Positions 41,939 to 51,602 of a DNA stretch of 64,000 nucleotides are shown here, piece after piece; position 1 is the first letter of the stretch; every line of letters starts with the position of its first letter. The notes beneath the pieces were generated by a model, which saw nothing but the letters and a program-made list of their open reading frames with translations, had not been told where the DNA came from and did no database searches. The translations under genes and the position numbers were made by a program. Source of the DNA: an uncultured Collinsella sp. (GTDB lineage: Bacteria; Actinomycetota; Coriobacteriia; Coriobacteriales; Coriobacteriaceae); assembly GCA_900759335.1 (NCBI GenBank), contig CAAEUX010000102.1, positions 78,713 to 142,712 of the forward strand, given 5' to 3'.

Positions 41939-44587
41939 CTAGCAGACGGCGTAATCCTGGGGCTCGCGGCCGTAGTAGGCGTCCAGGTAGAGCTCCTTGA
42001 TCTCGCTCATGAGCGGGTAGCGCGGGTTGGCGCCGGTGCACTGGTCGTTGAATGCCTGCTCGGTCATTTCGTCGAGGGTGTCGAGGAAGTACTGCTCGTC
42101 AACACCGTAGTCAGCGATGGTCTTCTTGACGCCGATGAAGTCCTTGAGCTCTTCGAGCTTCGTGATGAAGTTCTCGAAGACCTCCTTGTCGTCCTTGCCC
42201 TCGATGCCGCAGTACTTGGCCATCTCGGCGTAGTTGTGCAGCGCGTTGGGGTAAGGATACTGGGAGAAGGTACCCATCTTGACGGGAGCCTCGGCGGCGT
42301 TGTAGCGCATGACGCGGGTCAGGATGACAGCGTTTGCGAGGCCGTGGGGCAGGTGATGGAAAGCGCCGAGCTTGTGGGCCATGGAGTGGTTGAGGCCCAG
42401 GAAGGCGTTGGCGAAGGCCATACCGGCCATGCAGGAGGCGTTGTGCATCTCCTCGCGGGCGTGCGGGTCCTTGGCGCCGTTCGTGAAGCTGGAGGGCAGG
42501 TTCTCGAAGACGAGCTTGGCAGCGCGCTCGGAGAGGCCCTTGGTGTAGTCGGAAGCCATGATGGAGACGTAGGACTCGATGGCGTGGGTCATGACGTCGA
42601 TGCCGGAGGCAGCGGTCAGGCCGCGCGGGGCGGTCATGCAGTTGTCGGCGTCGACGATAGCCATGTTGGGGAGCAGCGCGTAGTCGGCGAGCGGCCACTT
42701 GATGCCGGTCTCCTTGTCGGTGATGATGGCGAACGGCGTGCACTCGGAGCCGGTACCCGAGGAGGTCGGGACGGCGACGAAGTAGGCCTTCTTGCCCATC
42801 TCGGGGAAGGTGAAGATACGCTTGCGGATGTCCATGAAGTCCATGGCCATGTCCTCAAACTTGCACTCGGGGTGCTCGTACATCATCCACATGATCTTGC
42901 CGGCGTCCATAGCGGAGCCACCGCCGACGGCGATGATGACGTCCGGCTCAAAGAGAGCCATCTGCTTGGCGCCGCGACGTGCGCACTGCAGCGACGGATC
43001 GGGCTCGACGTCGTAGAAGCAGTCGTGGGCGATGCCCATCTCGTCGAGCTTGGCCTCGATGGCGCGGGTGTTGCCATTCTTGAAGAGGAACTGGTCGGTG
43101 ACGATGAAGGCGCGCTTCTTGCCCATGACGTTGCCCAGCTCGTCGAGGGCGACGGGCGTGGAACCCTTCTTGAAGTAGACCTTCTCGGGAGCGCGGAACC
43201 ACAGCATGTTCTCACGGCGCTCGGCCACAGTCTTAACGTTGATCAAGTGCTTCACCCCAACGTTCTCGGAGACGGAGTTGCCGCCCCAGGAGCCGCAGCC
43301 CAGGGTCAGAGACGGCTTCATGCCAAAGTTGTACAGGTCACCGATGCCGCCGTGCGAGGACGGGGTGTTGATGACGATACGGCAGGCCTTCATGACGTGC
43401 TCGAACAGGCTGATCTTCTCGGCCTGGGCGGGGTGCACATACAGAGAGGCGGTGTGGCCCGGGCCACCGGCGAGCACGAGGTGCTCGGCCTTGTCGACGG
43501 CCTCCTGGAAGTCCTTGGCGTGGTACATGGCCAGGACCGGGGAGAGCTTCTCGTGGGAGAACTCCTCCTTGGCGGGGTCGGTGGAGGTGACCTCGGCGAT
43601 CAGGATCTTGGTCTTGGCGGGAACCTCGATGCCGGCGAGCTCGGCGATCTTGGCAGCGGCCATGCCGGGGATGCGGTGATCGAGAGCGCCGTTCTTGAAC
43701 ATGGCGGCACGCAGGGCCTCCATCTCGGCACCCTGCTTGACGAAGTAGCAGCCGCGCTTCTGGAACTCGGCCTTAACCTGGTCATAGATGCTGTCGATTA
43801 CGGTCACGGACTGCTCGGAAGCGCAGATCATGCCGTTGTCGAAGGTCTTGGAGTGGATGATGGAGTTGACGGCGAGCAGCACGTCGGCGGTGTCGTCGAT
43901 GACGACCGGGGTGTTACCGGCGCCAACGCCCAGGGCGGGCTTGCCCGAGGAGTAAGCGGCCTTGACCATGCCCGGGCCACCGGTGGCGAGGATGATGTCG
44001 ACGTCGCGCATGACCATGTTAGTCAGCTCGATGGAGGGGACATCGACCCAGCCGATGATGCCCTCGGGGGCGCCGGCCTTGACGGCGGCGTCAAGCACGA
44101 GCTTGGCGGCGGCGATGGTGCACTTGGCGGCAGCCGGGTGCGGGGAGATGATGATGGCGTTGCGGGTCTTCAGGCAGATCAGCGTCTTGAAGATCGCGGT
44201 GGAGGTGGGGTTGGTCGTCGGGATGACGGCGCCCACGATGCCGATGGGCTCGGCGATCTTGGTGATGCCGTAAGCCTCGTCGCGCTCCAGGACACCACAG
44301 GTCTTGGTGTTCTTGTAAGCGTTGTAGATGTACTCTGCGGCGTAGTGGTTCTTGATGACCTTGTCCTCAAGAACGCCGCGGCCGGTCTCCTCGATGGCCA
44401 TCTTCGCCAACGGGATACGAGCCTTGTTGGCGGCCATGGCGGCCTCATAGAAGATCTTGTCGACCTGCTCCTGCGTGTACGTAGCAAAAAGCGCCTGGGC
44501 CTCTCGCATCTGAGCGAGCTTGGCCTCAAGCGCCTCTACGTTGTCCACAATTGCGGGAGTAGTGTTTTCCGGTGACTTTTTCACCAT
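41939..44587 (-). CDS. adhE: Bifunctional acetaldehyde-CoA / alcohol dehydrogenase
   Basis: 882 aa. N-terminal ALDH domain and C-terminal Fe-ADH domain with a GGG NAD-binding linker. The N-terminus (...AIVDNVEALEAKLAQMREAQALFATYTQEQVDKIF) is typical AdhE. Confidence 0.95.
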   Translation of the reverse strand: MVKKSPENTTPAIVDNVEALEAKLAQMREAQALFATYTQEQVDKIFYEAAMAANKARIPLAKMAIEETGRGVLEDKVIKNHYAAEYIYNAYKNTKTCGVLERDEAYGITKIAEPIGIVGAVIPTTNPTSTAIFKTLICLKTRNAIIISPHPAAAKCTIAAAKLVLDAAVKAGAPEGIIGWVDVPSIELTNMVMRDVDIILATGGPGMVKAAYSSGKPALGVGAGNTPVVIDDTADVLLAVNSIIHSKTFDNGMICASEQSVTVIDSIYDQVKAEFQKRGCYFVKQGAEMEALRAAMFKNGALDHRIPGMAAAKIAELAGIEVPAKTKILIAEVTSTDPAKEEFSHEKLSPVLAMYHAKDFQEAVDKAEHLVLAGGPGHTASLYVHPAQAEKISLFEHVMKACRIVINTPSSHGGIGDLYNFGMKPSLTLGCGSWGGNSVSENVGVKHLINVKTVAERRENMLWFRAPEKVYFKKGSTPVALDELGNVMGKKRAFIVTDQFLFKNGNTRAIEAKLDEMGIAHDCFYDVEPDPSLQCARRGAKQMALFEPDVIIAVGGGSAMDAGKIMWMMYEHPECKFEDMAMDFMDIRKRIFTFPEMGKKAYFVAVPTSSGTGSECTPFAIITDKETGIKWPLADYALLPNMAIVDADNCMTAPRGLTAASGIDVMTHAIESYVSIMASDYTKGLSERAAKLVFENLPSSFTNGAKDPHAREEMHNASCMAGMAFANAFLGLNHSMAHKLGAFHHLPHGLANAVILTRVMRYNAAEAPVKMGTFSQYPYPNALHNYAEMAKYCGIEGKDDKEVFENFITKLEELKDFIGVKKTIADYGVDEQYFLDTLDEMTEQAFNDQCTGANPRYPLMSEIKELYLDAYYGREPQDYAVC

Positions 44588-44680
44588 TTGTGTCTCCTTG
44601 CGATCGGAGATTTACCCTACGCCTTGCATGATAGCAAGAAATAATTCGGTGAACGGTCAGATTCCCGTAAAAGACAAACT

Positions 44681-44708
44681 AAAACGCTTCAATAAACTGA
44701 AGCGTTTT
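44681..44708. promoter_or_regulatory. Perfect palindrome AAAACGCTTCA-ATAAAC-TGAAGCGTTTT in the adhE upstream region; operator or RNA hairpin candidate.
   Basis: 11-bp perfect arms with a 6-bp spacer, about 95 bp upstream of the adhE start codon, in a locally AT-richer stretch. Confidence 0.3.
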
Positions 44709-44741
44709 AACAAATAACTATCGGCCTGCTGCATCGCCTTG

Positions 44742-44986
44742 CTCATTGGGGACAGACTTACATGAGTATTTCAATGGGAAAACGGGGCATCTGTTTGATA
44801 ATCGCTATTCGCGGGTCGCTGTTGAGTCGGACACACAGGTGGTGCAGCTGCTCGACTATATTCATCTTAATCCCGTGAAAGGTGCGCTCGACTCGCTCGA
44901 GGCGTACCGTTAGTTATAAGGCATATCAGCTGGGCTATGATCCCTTTGACATCTGCAAACCCTCATGTAAGTCTGTCCCCAATGAG
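44742..44986 (+). mobile_element. Decayed insertion/REPtron-like remnant: perfect 25-bp terminal inverted repeats enclosing a RAYT/IS200-like transposase C-terminal fragment.
   Basis: IR-L 44742-44766 (CTCATTGGGGACAGACTTACATGAG) and IR-R 44962-44986 (its exact reverse complement). 195 bp lie between them. Confidence 0.55.
44776..44913 (+). pseudogene. Transposase fragment: the C-terminal ~45 codons of a REP-associated tyrosine transposase / IS200-like (Y1) transposase.
   Basis: Translation GKTGHLFDNRYSRVAVESDTQVVQLLDYIHLNPVKGALDSLEAYR* matches the conserved RAYT/TnpA(IS200-like) tail G.LWQ.RY..H.IR.E...........YIH.NPVKAGLV. No N-terminal HuH or catalytic Tyr region is present. Confidence 0.5.
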
Positions 44987-45023
44987 TGCAAAAAGGCGCC
45001 CTCCGTAGGGGAGAGCGCCTTTG
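44987..45023 (-). terminator. Intrinsic terminator of rpmB (minus strand)
   Basis: On the minus strand: AAAGGCGCTCTCCCCTACGGAGGGCGCCTTT hairpin followed by TTTTGCA. It lies about 70 nt downstream of the rpmB stop and directly abuts IR-R. Confidence 0.55.
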
Positions 45024-45090
45024 GTAAGTTCTATGTGAACGCGAGGTCTTTGACCCGGAGAGTCCGAGGTACTTGTTGGTAAGACCTTAT

Positions 45091-45279
45091 TTAGGAGCGC
45101 GCAACCTTGCCGGACTTGAGGCAGGTGGAGCAAACGTTCATCTTGCGACGGTGACCGTCGACGACGACGTAGACGCGCTGGATGTTGGGGCGGAACTTAC
45201 GGTTGGTGACGCGGTGAGAGTGGCTGATGGAGCGACCGGCAACGGGGTGCTTACCGCAAACTTCGCAAACTTTGGACAT
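45091..45279 (-). CDS. rpmB: 50S ribosomal protein L28
   Basis: MSKVCEVCGKHPVAGRSISHSHRVTNRKFRPNIQRVYVVVDGHRRKMNVCSTCLKSGKV is canonical L28. AAGGAGGG RBS. The track ORF adds 16 N-terminal residues from an upstream TTG. Confidence 0.9.
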   Translation of the reverse strand: MSKVCEVCGKHPVAGRSISHSHRVTNRKFRPNIQRVYVVVDGHRRKMNVCSTCLKSGKVARS

Positions 45280-45639
45280 AACTGACCCTCCTTGGGCGAC
45301 AAACGAACATGTCGCGTTAACAAACAAGCCTGAACTATAGCACAGAAGCAGATCCCTGTACGTAATCTACACAGAGATATTTCTCTTTTGGCGATAGTGC
45401 CCACGCCACGGCCCTGGACGTAGATCCGATTTGCGTGCAGCAGAGGGGATTATGCCAGCTCGCAACAAGGTTTTCAAGCTCGTCCCACAAATATATATAG
45501 GTTTATTGAGCGTTGGGCTCCGTTTACGGATTGCTCCGTATTTATGCTCGCAATTGAGCTCGAGGTTGGCTACACTATCCCTTGACCATTAAAGGGGTAC
45601 GAGATACCCACATGGAATTACATAGCTGCCATAGAGCAG

Positions 45640-45700
45640 CCCTTCCTGTGGGTGTCTGGTCCGCTTTGAGCGGTCGGGCATCTATTTTTTTGACTGTGTC
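45640..45700 (+). promoter_or_regulatory. Candidate PyrR-responsive leader / attenuator upstream of pyrR
   Basis: GC-rich stem (GGTCCGCTTTGAGCGG...) followed by ATCTATTTTTTT just 36 nt before the pyrR ATG. An upstream CATAGAGCAGCC loosely resembles the PyrR-binding-loop AGAGAGGC motif. Confidence 0.35.
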
Positions 45701-45718
45701 AGCAGTCAAGACATGTGA

Positions 45719-46315
<597 letters not shown>

Positions 46316-46319
46316 TACC

Positions 46320-47264
46320 GTGGCGTTCAACCATAAGCACCTGATCGACATTACCGAGTACTCCGAAGAGGACATCAAGCTCATCCTCGAGACCGCCAAG
46401 GCGTTCTCCGAGGTCAACGAGCGTGCGATCAAGAAGGTCCCCACGCTCAAGGGCAAGACCATCGTCAACATGTTCAACGAGCCCTCGACGCGCACCCGCA
46501 GCTCCTTCGAGCTCGCCGAGAAGCGTCTTTCGGCCGACAGCCTCAACTTTGGCGGCTCCTCGACCTCTACGGTCAAGGGCGAGAGCCTCGTCGATACCGT
46601 CGAGACCCTCAACGCTTACAAGATCGACTGCATCGTCGTGCGCGACAAGCACGCCGGCGCGCCCTATATCGTCACGCAGAATTCGCCCGCGAGCGTTATC
46701 TGCGCCGGCGACGGCAAGCACAACCACCCCACGCAGGCCCTGCTGGACCTGTACACCATTTGGCAGCACAAGGGTGACTTCCACGGTCTGAAGGTCGCCG
46801 TCGTCGGCGACATCTCCCACTCCCGCGTCTGCGGCTCGCTGATCCCCGCCCTTAAGATTATGGGCTGCGAGACCTATGCCGTCGCCCCCGGCACGCTGTT
46901 GCCTCCGGCACCCGAGGTCCTGGGCTGCGACCACGTGACGAGTGATCTCGATTCCGTCCTGCCCGAGCTGGACGTCGTCTACATGCTGCGCGTGCAGCAG
47001 GAGCGCCTCGAGGGCGCACCGTTCCCGACCATTCGTGAGTACCACAAGCTCTTCGGCCTGACCAAGGACCGCGAGAAGCTTATGAAGCCCGATGCGATCA
47101 TCTGCCACCCGGGCCCCATCAACCGCGGCGTCGAGTTCGACTCCTATATGGCCGACCACCCGCAACGCTCCGTCATCCTGGAGCAGGTCTACGCCGGCAT
47201 CTGCGTGCGTATGGCTATCCTGTATCTGCTGCTTGGAGGTGCCGATAATGGCCTTGCTTCTTAA
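46320..47264 (+). CDS. pyrB: Aspartate carbamoyltransferase catalytic subunit
   Basis: STRTR carbamoyl-phosphate-binding motif, HPTQ and HPGP motifs. GTG at 46320 has GGGAGGTG 10 nt upstream. The track start at 46284 overlaps pyrR. Confidence 0.95.
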   Translation: MAFNHKHLIDITEYSEEDIKLILETAKAFSEVNERAIKKVPTLKGKTIVNMFNEPSTRTRSSFELAEKRLSADSLNFGGSSTSTVKGESLVDTVETLNAYKIDCIVVRDKHAGAPYIVTQNSPASVICAGDGKHNHPTQALLDLYTIWQHKGDFHGLKVAVVGDISHSRVCGSLIPALKIMGCETYAVAPGTLLPPAPEVLGCDHVTSDLDSVLPELDVVYMLRVQQERLEGAPFPTIREYHKLFGLTKDREKLMKPDAIICHPGPINRGVEFDSYMADHPQRSVILEQVYAGICVRMAILYLLLGGADNGLAS

Positions 47265-48537
47265 GAATGCCCACGTTGTCGATCCGTCTGTCGAGCTTGA
47301 CGGTGTCGTCGACGTCCTGATCGACGGTGACAAGATCGCCGAGGTCGGCGAGAACCTCGCCGCCGAGGGAGCCGAGGTCCGCGACCTTTCCGGCAAGTAT
47401 CTCGTCCCCGGCCTGGTGGATATACACGTGCATCTGCGCGAGCCCGGCTACGAGGTCAAAGAGGACATCGAGAGCGGCACCCGCGCTGCTGCCAAGGGCG
47501 GCTTCACCGGCGTGTGCGCCATGCCCAACACCGATCCCGTCACCGATAACGGCACCGTCGTGGAGTTCGTTAAGTCCCGCGCTGCCGAGGTCGGTCACTG
47601 CCGCGTCTATCCGTCGGGCGCCATGACCCGCGGTCTTAAGGGCGAGGCCATGTCCGAGATGGGCGATATGGTCGCCCACGGCGCCGTCGCCTTCACCGAC
47701 GACGGTCGTGGCGTGCAGGGCGCGGGCATGCTCCGTCGCTGCATGGACTACGGCAAGATGTTCGGCAAGGTCTTTATGAGCCACTGCCAGGACGAGGATC
47801 TGGTCGGCCATGGCCAGATCAACGAGGGCAAGGTCTCGACCCGTCTGGCCCTCGAGGGCTGGCCGGCCGCCGGCGAGGAGCTTCAGATCGCCCGCGACAT
47901 CGAGATCGCCAAGCTGACCGGTGCCAAGCTGCACATCCAGCACATCTCCACCGCTCACGGCCTGGAGCTCGTGCGTGCCGGTAAGGCCGCCGGTGTTCAG
48001 GTGACCTGCGAGGCCACCCCGCACCACATGTTCCTGACCGAGAACGACTTGGACGAGACCTACAACACCTCGCTCAAGGTCAATCCGCCGCTGCGCACCG
48101 ACGAGGACGCCGAGGCCATCCGTCAGGGCGTCATCGACGGTACCGTCGACGTTATCGTCACCGATCACGCTCCCCACACCCCGTGGGAGAAGGCCCGCGA
48201 GTTCGAGCTTGCGCCCTTTGGCATGATCGGCCTCGAGACCTCGCTGTCGCTTGTGCTTACCGAGCTGGTCAACACGGGCAAGATGAGCATGGCTCGCATG
48301 GTCGAGCTCATGGCCATCAAACCGCGTGAGATCCTGGGCCTCGACCAGGTTCAGGTCAAGGCGGGCTCCGTTGCCGACCTGACCGTGTTCGATCCCGCTG
48401 CCACCTGGACGGTCGGCGAGGACGGTTACGAGTCGCGCGCCGAGAACTCCGGTTTTGCCGGCCGTACGCTCACCGGTCGAGCCACCGATGTGTTTGTCGG
48501 CGGTAAACAGACGCTTGCCGACGGCTGCATCTGCTAG
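47248..48537 (+). CDS. pyrC: Dihydroorotase
   Basis: MALLLKNAHVVDP..., DIHVHLREPG metal-binding motif, and the D..H amidohydrolase signature. ATG at 47248 (GGAGGTG RBS) overlaps the pyrB end by 17 nt. The track start at 47092 is unlikely. Confidence 0.9.
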   Translation: MALLLKNAHVVDPSVELDGVVDVLIDGDKIAEVGENLAAEGAEVRDLSGKYLVPGLVDIHVHLREPGYEVKEDIESGTRAAAKGGFTGVCAMPNTDPVTDNGTVVEFVKSRAAEVGHCRVYPSGAMTRGLKGEAMSEMGDMVAHGAVAFTDDGRGVQGAGMLRRCMDYGKMFGKVFMSHCQDEDLVGHGQINEGKVSTRLALEGWPAAGEELQIARDIEIAKLTGAKLHIQHISTAHGLELVRAGKAAGVQVTCEATPHHMFLTENDLDETYNTSLKVNPPLRTDEDAEAIRQGVIDGTVDVIVTDHAPHTPWEKAREFELAPFGMIGLETSLSLVLTELVNTGKMSMARMVELMAIKPREILGLDQVQVKAGSVADLTVFDPAATWTVGEDGYESRAENSGFAGRTLTGRATDVFVGGKQTLADGCIC

Positions 48538-48629
48538 CATAGCCTTATCGCTTTTGTGCGCGGCGCCCTTGCGGTGCCGCGCTTTCTGTTCGTTTGGACC
48601 ATGCAACCGCATGGGGGATTGGAGCGTCT

Positions 48630-49421
48630 ATGCCCACACCTTCCACTGCACGCATGCACGACTTCGAGGTCGTCTCGAACCGGGAGATCGCCGACGGCAT
48701 CTTCTCGCTCGTCATCTCGGCCCCCAAGCTTGCAAGTGCGCTCAAGCCCGGTCAGTTTGTGAACATCGCCGTGCCCGGTGATGCGTCCTCGCTGCTTCGC
48801 GTGCCCCTGAGCTACTACCGCGCCGACGCCGAGGCCGGCACCGTCGAGTTGTGGTACGCCGTCGTGGGCGACGATACCCGTCGTTTGTCCCAGATGGGAC
48901 CTGGCTCCACCTCTAACCTGCTGGGCCCCGGTGGCCGCGGCTGGATGGTACCCGAGGGCACCAGGAAGGCCCTGCTTGTCGCCGGTGGCATCGGCGTTCC
49001 GCCTGTCCTCTGCCTGGCCGGTAAGCTTGCCGAGCAGGGTGTGGCCGTCGACGTTTGCTTGGGCTTTGGCACCGCGTCCAAGGCCGTGGGCATCGATGAG
49101 TTCCGCGCGCTGGGCGCTACGGTTAACGTGTGCACCGACGACGGTACGCTCGGCACGCACGGTTTTTGCACCGATCCGGCAGCCGATCTACTCGGCGAGG
49201 GCGGCTACGACTACGTGGCCAGCTGCGGTCCCGCCGTCATGATGAAGAAAGTCGCCGCCGCTGCCGCCGAGGCCGGTGCGTACTGCGAGGTGTCGCTCGA
49301 GCGCATGATGAGCTGCGGCTTTGGCGCCTGCAACACCTGCAACGTCGAGACGGTCGACGGTATGAAGGGCGCCTGCATGTGCGGCCCCGTGTTCGATGCT
49401 TCCAAGGTGGTGGTCTTCTAG
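48630..49421 (+). CDS. pyrK: Dihydroorotate dehydrogenase electron-transfer subunit (FAD/NAD-binding, 2Fe-2S)
   Basis: FNR-like fold with a C-terminal CGFGACNTC...C cluster. ATG at 48630 is preceded by GGAG; the alternative is ATG at 48654. Confidence 0.85.
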   Translation: MPTPSTARMHDFEVVSNREIADGIFSLVISAPKLASALKPGQFVNIAVPGDASSLLRVPLSYYRADAEAGTVELWYAVVGDDTRRLSQMGPGSTSNLLGPGGRGWMVPEGTRKALLVAGGIGVPPVLCLAGKLAEQGVAVDVCLGFGTASKAVGIDEFRALGATVNVCTDDGTLGTHGFCTDPAADLLGEGGYDYVASCGPAVMMKKVAAAAAEAGAYCEVSLERMMSCGFGACNTCNVETVDGMKGACMCGPVFDASKVVVF

Positions 49422-50344
49422 TGGGTACCGTGAACATGGCCGTCGATTTCGGCGGCGTCAAGATGCAGAACCCCATCAACACCGCAGCCGGCACCTTCGG
49501 CTACGGTTGGCAGTTCCAGAATTTCTTCGATGTTTCCCAGCTGGGCGCCATCACCACCAAGGGCTGTGCCGCTGAGCCCTGGCCGGGCAACCCTGCGCCC
49601 CGCATGGCCGAGATTCCCGGCGGTATGATCAACTCCGTGGGCCTGCAGAACCCCGGTGTCGCCGCCTTTGCCCGCGAGTCCGGCCCGTGGCTCGAGCAGC
49701 TGTCCAAGGACGGTTGCCAGGTCATTTGCCAGGTTGCCGGCCACTCCGTCGAGGAATTTGTCCACGCGCTCGAGATGTATGTCGAGCTGTGCCCCTGGGC
49801 TGCCGGCTACGAGATCAATGTGAGCTGCCCCAACATCGCCGCCGGCGGTGCTGCTATGGGCTCCTCGCCCGAGGGCGCCTCTGCCGTTATGGCTGCCTGC
49901 CGTAAGGTGACCGACAAGCCGCTGTTCGTAAAGATGGCTCCGGTTAACGTCGCCGAGATTGCCAAGGCGCTCGAGGCCGCGGGAGCCGACGGCCTTTCGG
50001 TCATTAACTCCATCCAGGGCATGGCCATCGACGTCCATACCCGCAAGTCTCGCGTGGCCAAGCCCAAGGGCGGCCTCTCGGGCCCGCTGTGCCACCACAT
50101 CGCCGTGCGCATGGTCTGGGAGGTCGCCCAGGCCGTCGATATCCCCATCAACGGTGTCGGCGGCGTCATGACGGGCGAGGATGCGGCCGAGTTTATCCTG
50201 GCTGGCGCTACCTGCGTGTCGGTCGGCATGGCCAACTTCGTCGATCCGTGTGCTTCGCTCAAGATCGCGCACGAGCTCGAGGCCTGGGCGGAGTCTCAGG
50301 GCGTGAAGGACATCAACGAGCTGGTAGGTGCTTTCGAATGCTAG
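49421..50344 (+). CDS. pyrD: Dihydroorotate dehydrogenase catalytic subunit (class 1B). GTG at 49421 overlaps the pyrK stop; ATG at 49436 is the alternative.
   Basis: MAVDFGGVKMQNPINTAAGTFGYG and the TIM-barrel FMN site (...NSVGLQNPG..., GGV..GED). The track ORF starting at 49130 is a read-through artefact. Confidence 0.9.
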   Translation: MGTVNMAVDFGGVKMQNPINTAAGTFGYGWQFQNFFDVSQLGAITTKGCAAEPWPGNPAPRMAEIPGGMINSVGLQNPGVAAFARESGPWLEQLSKDGCQVICQVAGHSVEEFVHALEMYVELCPWAAGYEINVSCPNIAAGGAAMGSSPEGASAVMAACRKVTDKPLFVKMAPVNVAEIAKALEAAGADGLSVINSIQGMAIDVHTRKSRVAKPKGGLSGPLCHHIAVRMVWEVAQAVDIPINGVGGVMTGEDAAEFILAGATCVSVGMANFVDPCASLKIAHELEAWAESQGVKDINELVGAFEC

Positions 50345-51054
50345 AGACCGATGCCCGCGACCGCGTTATCGTCGCCCTCGACTGCGACCGTGAACGTGCG
50401 CTCGAGCTCGCCCACGAGCTTTCGGGCCATGCCGCATGGCTTAAGGTGGGTATGACGCTCTATTACGCCGAGGGCCCCGAGATCGTCAAGACGTTCAAGG
50501 ACCTGGGCTTTAAGGTCTTCCTTGACCTTAAGTTCCATGATATTCCGCATCAGGTTCGCGGTGCCGCCCGTTCGGCCTCGCTTGCCGGTGCCGACCTGCT
50601 CTCGGTTCACGGCTTGGGTTCGGGCGCCATGCTCGCTGCCTGCCGCGAGGGTGCCGAGGAGGCGCGCGAGGACCGCGCCAAGCTCGTCGCCATCACCGTT
50701 CTCACGAGCATGAATCAGGATGCCTTGAGCGAGATTGGCGTCGAGTCGCCCGTGGCCGAGGAGGCCGCCCGCCTGGCAAAGCTCGCTCAGGCCAACGGCA
50801 TCGATGGCATCGTGTGCTCGCCGATGGAGGCTCACGACATGCGTGAGCTGCTGGGTCCTGATGCCCTGATCGTGACTCCGGGTGTGCGTCCGGTGGGTGC
50901 CGCCTTAGGCGACCAGTCCCGCGTTGCGACGCCTTCCCAGGCTATCGAGCGCGGCGCAAGCCACATTGTGGTGGGCCGTCCCATCACCGGCGCCGACGAT
51001 CCGGTTGCCGCCTTTGACGCCATCGTCGCCGAGCTGGTCGAAAACGTCGCGTAA
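50338..51054 (+). CDS. pyrF: Orotidine 5'-phosphate decarboxylase
   Basis: VIVALDCD...FLDLKFHDIP (DxKxxD) motif. ATG overlaps the pyrD stop (ATGCTAG). Confidence 0.9.
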   Translation: MLETDARDRVIVALDCDRERALELAHELSGHAAWLKVGMTLYYAEGPEIVKTFKDLGFKVFLDLKFHDIPHQVRGAARSASLAGADLLSVHGLGSGAMLAACREGAEEAREDRAKLVAITVLTSMNQDALSEIGVESPVAEEAARLAKLAQANGIDGIVCSPMEAHDMRELLGPDALIVTPGVRPVGAALGDQSRVATPSQAIERGASHIVVGRPITGADDPVAAFDAIVAELVENVA

Positions 51055-51293
51055 AAGATTCCCCTAAGTCACCACTTTTGGGTCTCATTAGCACAAAATA
51101 GCCCCTGTGCCTGCGTAAACTTTCCCATCCTTTGTGTGGAATCGCAGGTCAGGGGCTTAACTTTGGGCGCAGTATATTGCACTTTTTGCGGGTATCGTCT
51201 AACCTATGGAGCCGCGATTGGGCATTTTGTACGTTCTACGTGCTAAAATGCCAATTATTGAATCAGATATAACCCAACTATTTGGAGGTACGA

Positions 51294-51602
51294 ATGGCAC
51301 TCCCTCAGCTTACCGATGAGCAGCGTAAGCAGGCTCTTGAGAAGGCTGCTGCCGCACGTCACGCCCGCGCTGAGCTTCGCGAGCAGATCAAGAAGGGCGA
51401 GAAGTCCCTCGAGTCCGTGCTCAACTCCGATGACCCCATCGCTTCCCGCATGAAGGTTTCCACCCTCATCGAGTCTCTTCCTGGTTATGGCAAGGCCAAG
51501 GCCGCCAAGATCATGGAGGAGCTCGGTATCTCCGCTACCCGTCGCGTCCAGGGCCTCGGCGTCCGTCAGCGCGAGCAGCTCCTCGAGCAGCTGACCAAAT
51601 AA
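51294..51602 (+). CDS. mihF: Actinobacterial integration host factor MihF
   Basis: LPQLTDEQRKQALEKAAAARHARAEL...KVSTLIESLPGYGKAKAAKIMEELGI matches mIHF. mihF-gmk-rpoZ synteny is an Actinobacteria signature. GGAGGTA RBS. Confidence 0.85.
   Translation: MALPQLTDEQRKQALEKAAAARHARAELREQIKKGEKSLESVLNSDDPIASRMKVSTLIESLPGYGKAKAAKIMEELGISATRRVQGLGVRQREQLLEQLTK

Noticed and set aside
41930-44575. 881-aa plus-strand ORF antisense to adhE
   Set aside because: Gly/Val/Asp/Leu-rich low-complexity translation. adhE on the minus strand is unambiguous.
44588-44640. Possible Rex operator upstream of adhE
   Set aside because: Only half-site-like GTGAAC fragments are present, with no TTGTGAA-N4-TTCACAA dyad. 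It is reported instead as generic palindromes in the findings.
44882-45082. 66-aa ORF overlapping IR-R and the rpmB terminator
   Set aside because: No RBS and Arg/Ser-rich low-complexity sequence. It spans structural elements (an inverted repeat and a terminator hairpin).
45138-45404. 88-aa minus-strand ORF overlapping the rpmB start
   Set aside because: It overlaps the well-supported rpmB in another frame; no motifs.
45438-45510. 73-nt segment with a 5-bp terminal pairing and a TTCAAG loop that superficially resembles a tRNA
   Set aside because: It has no 7-bp acceptor stem, no GTTC T-loop, no CCA context and no plausible D or anticodon arms. Most likely chance structure in the rpmB/pyrR divergent promoter region.
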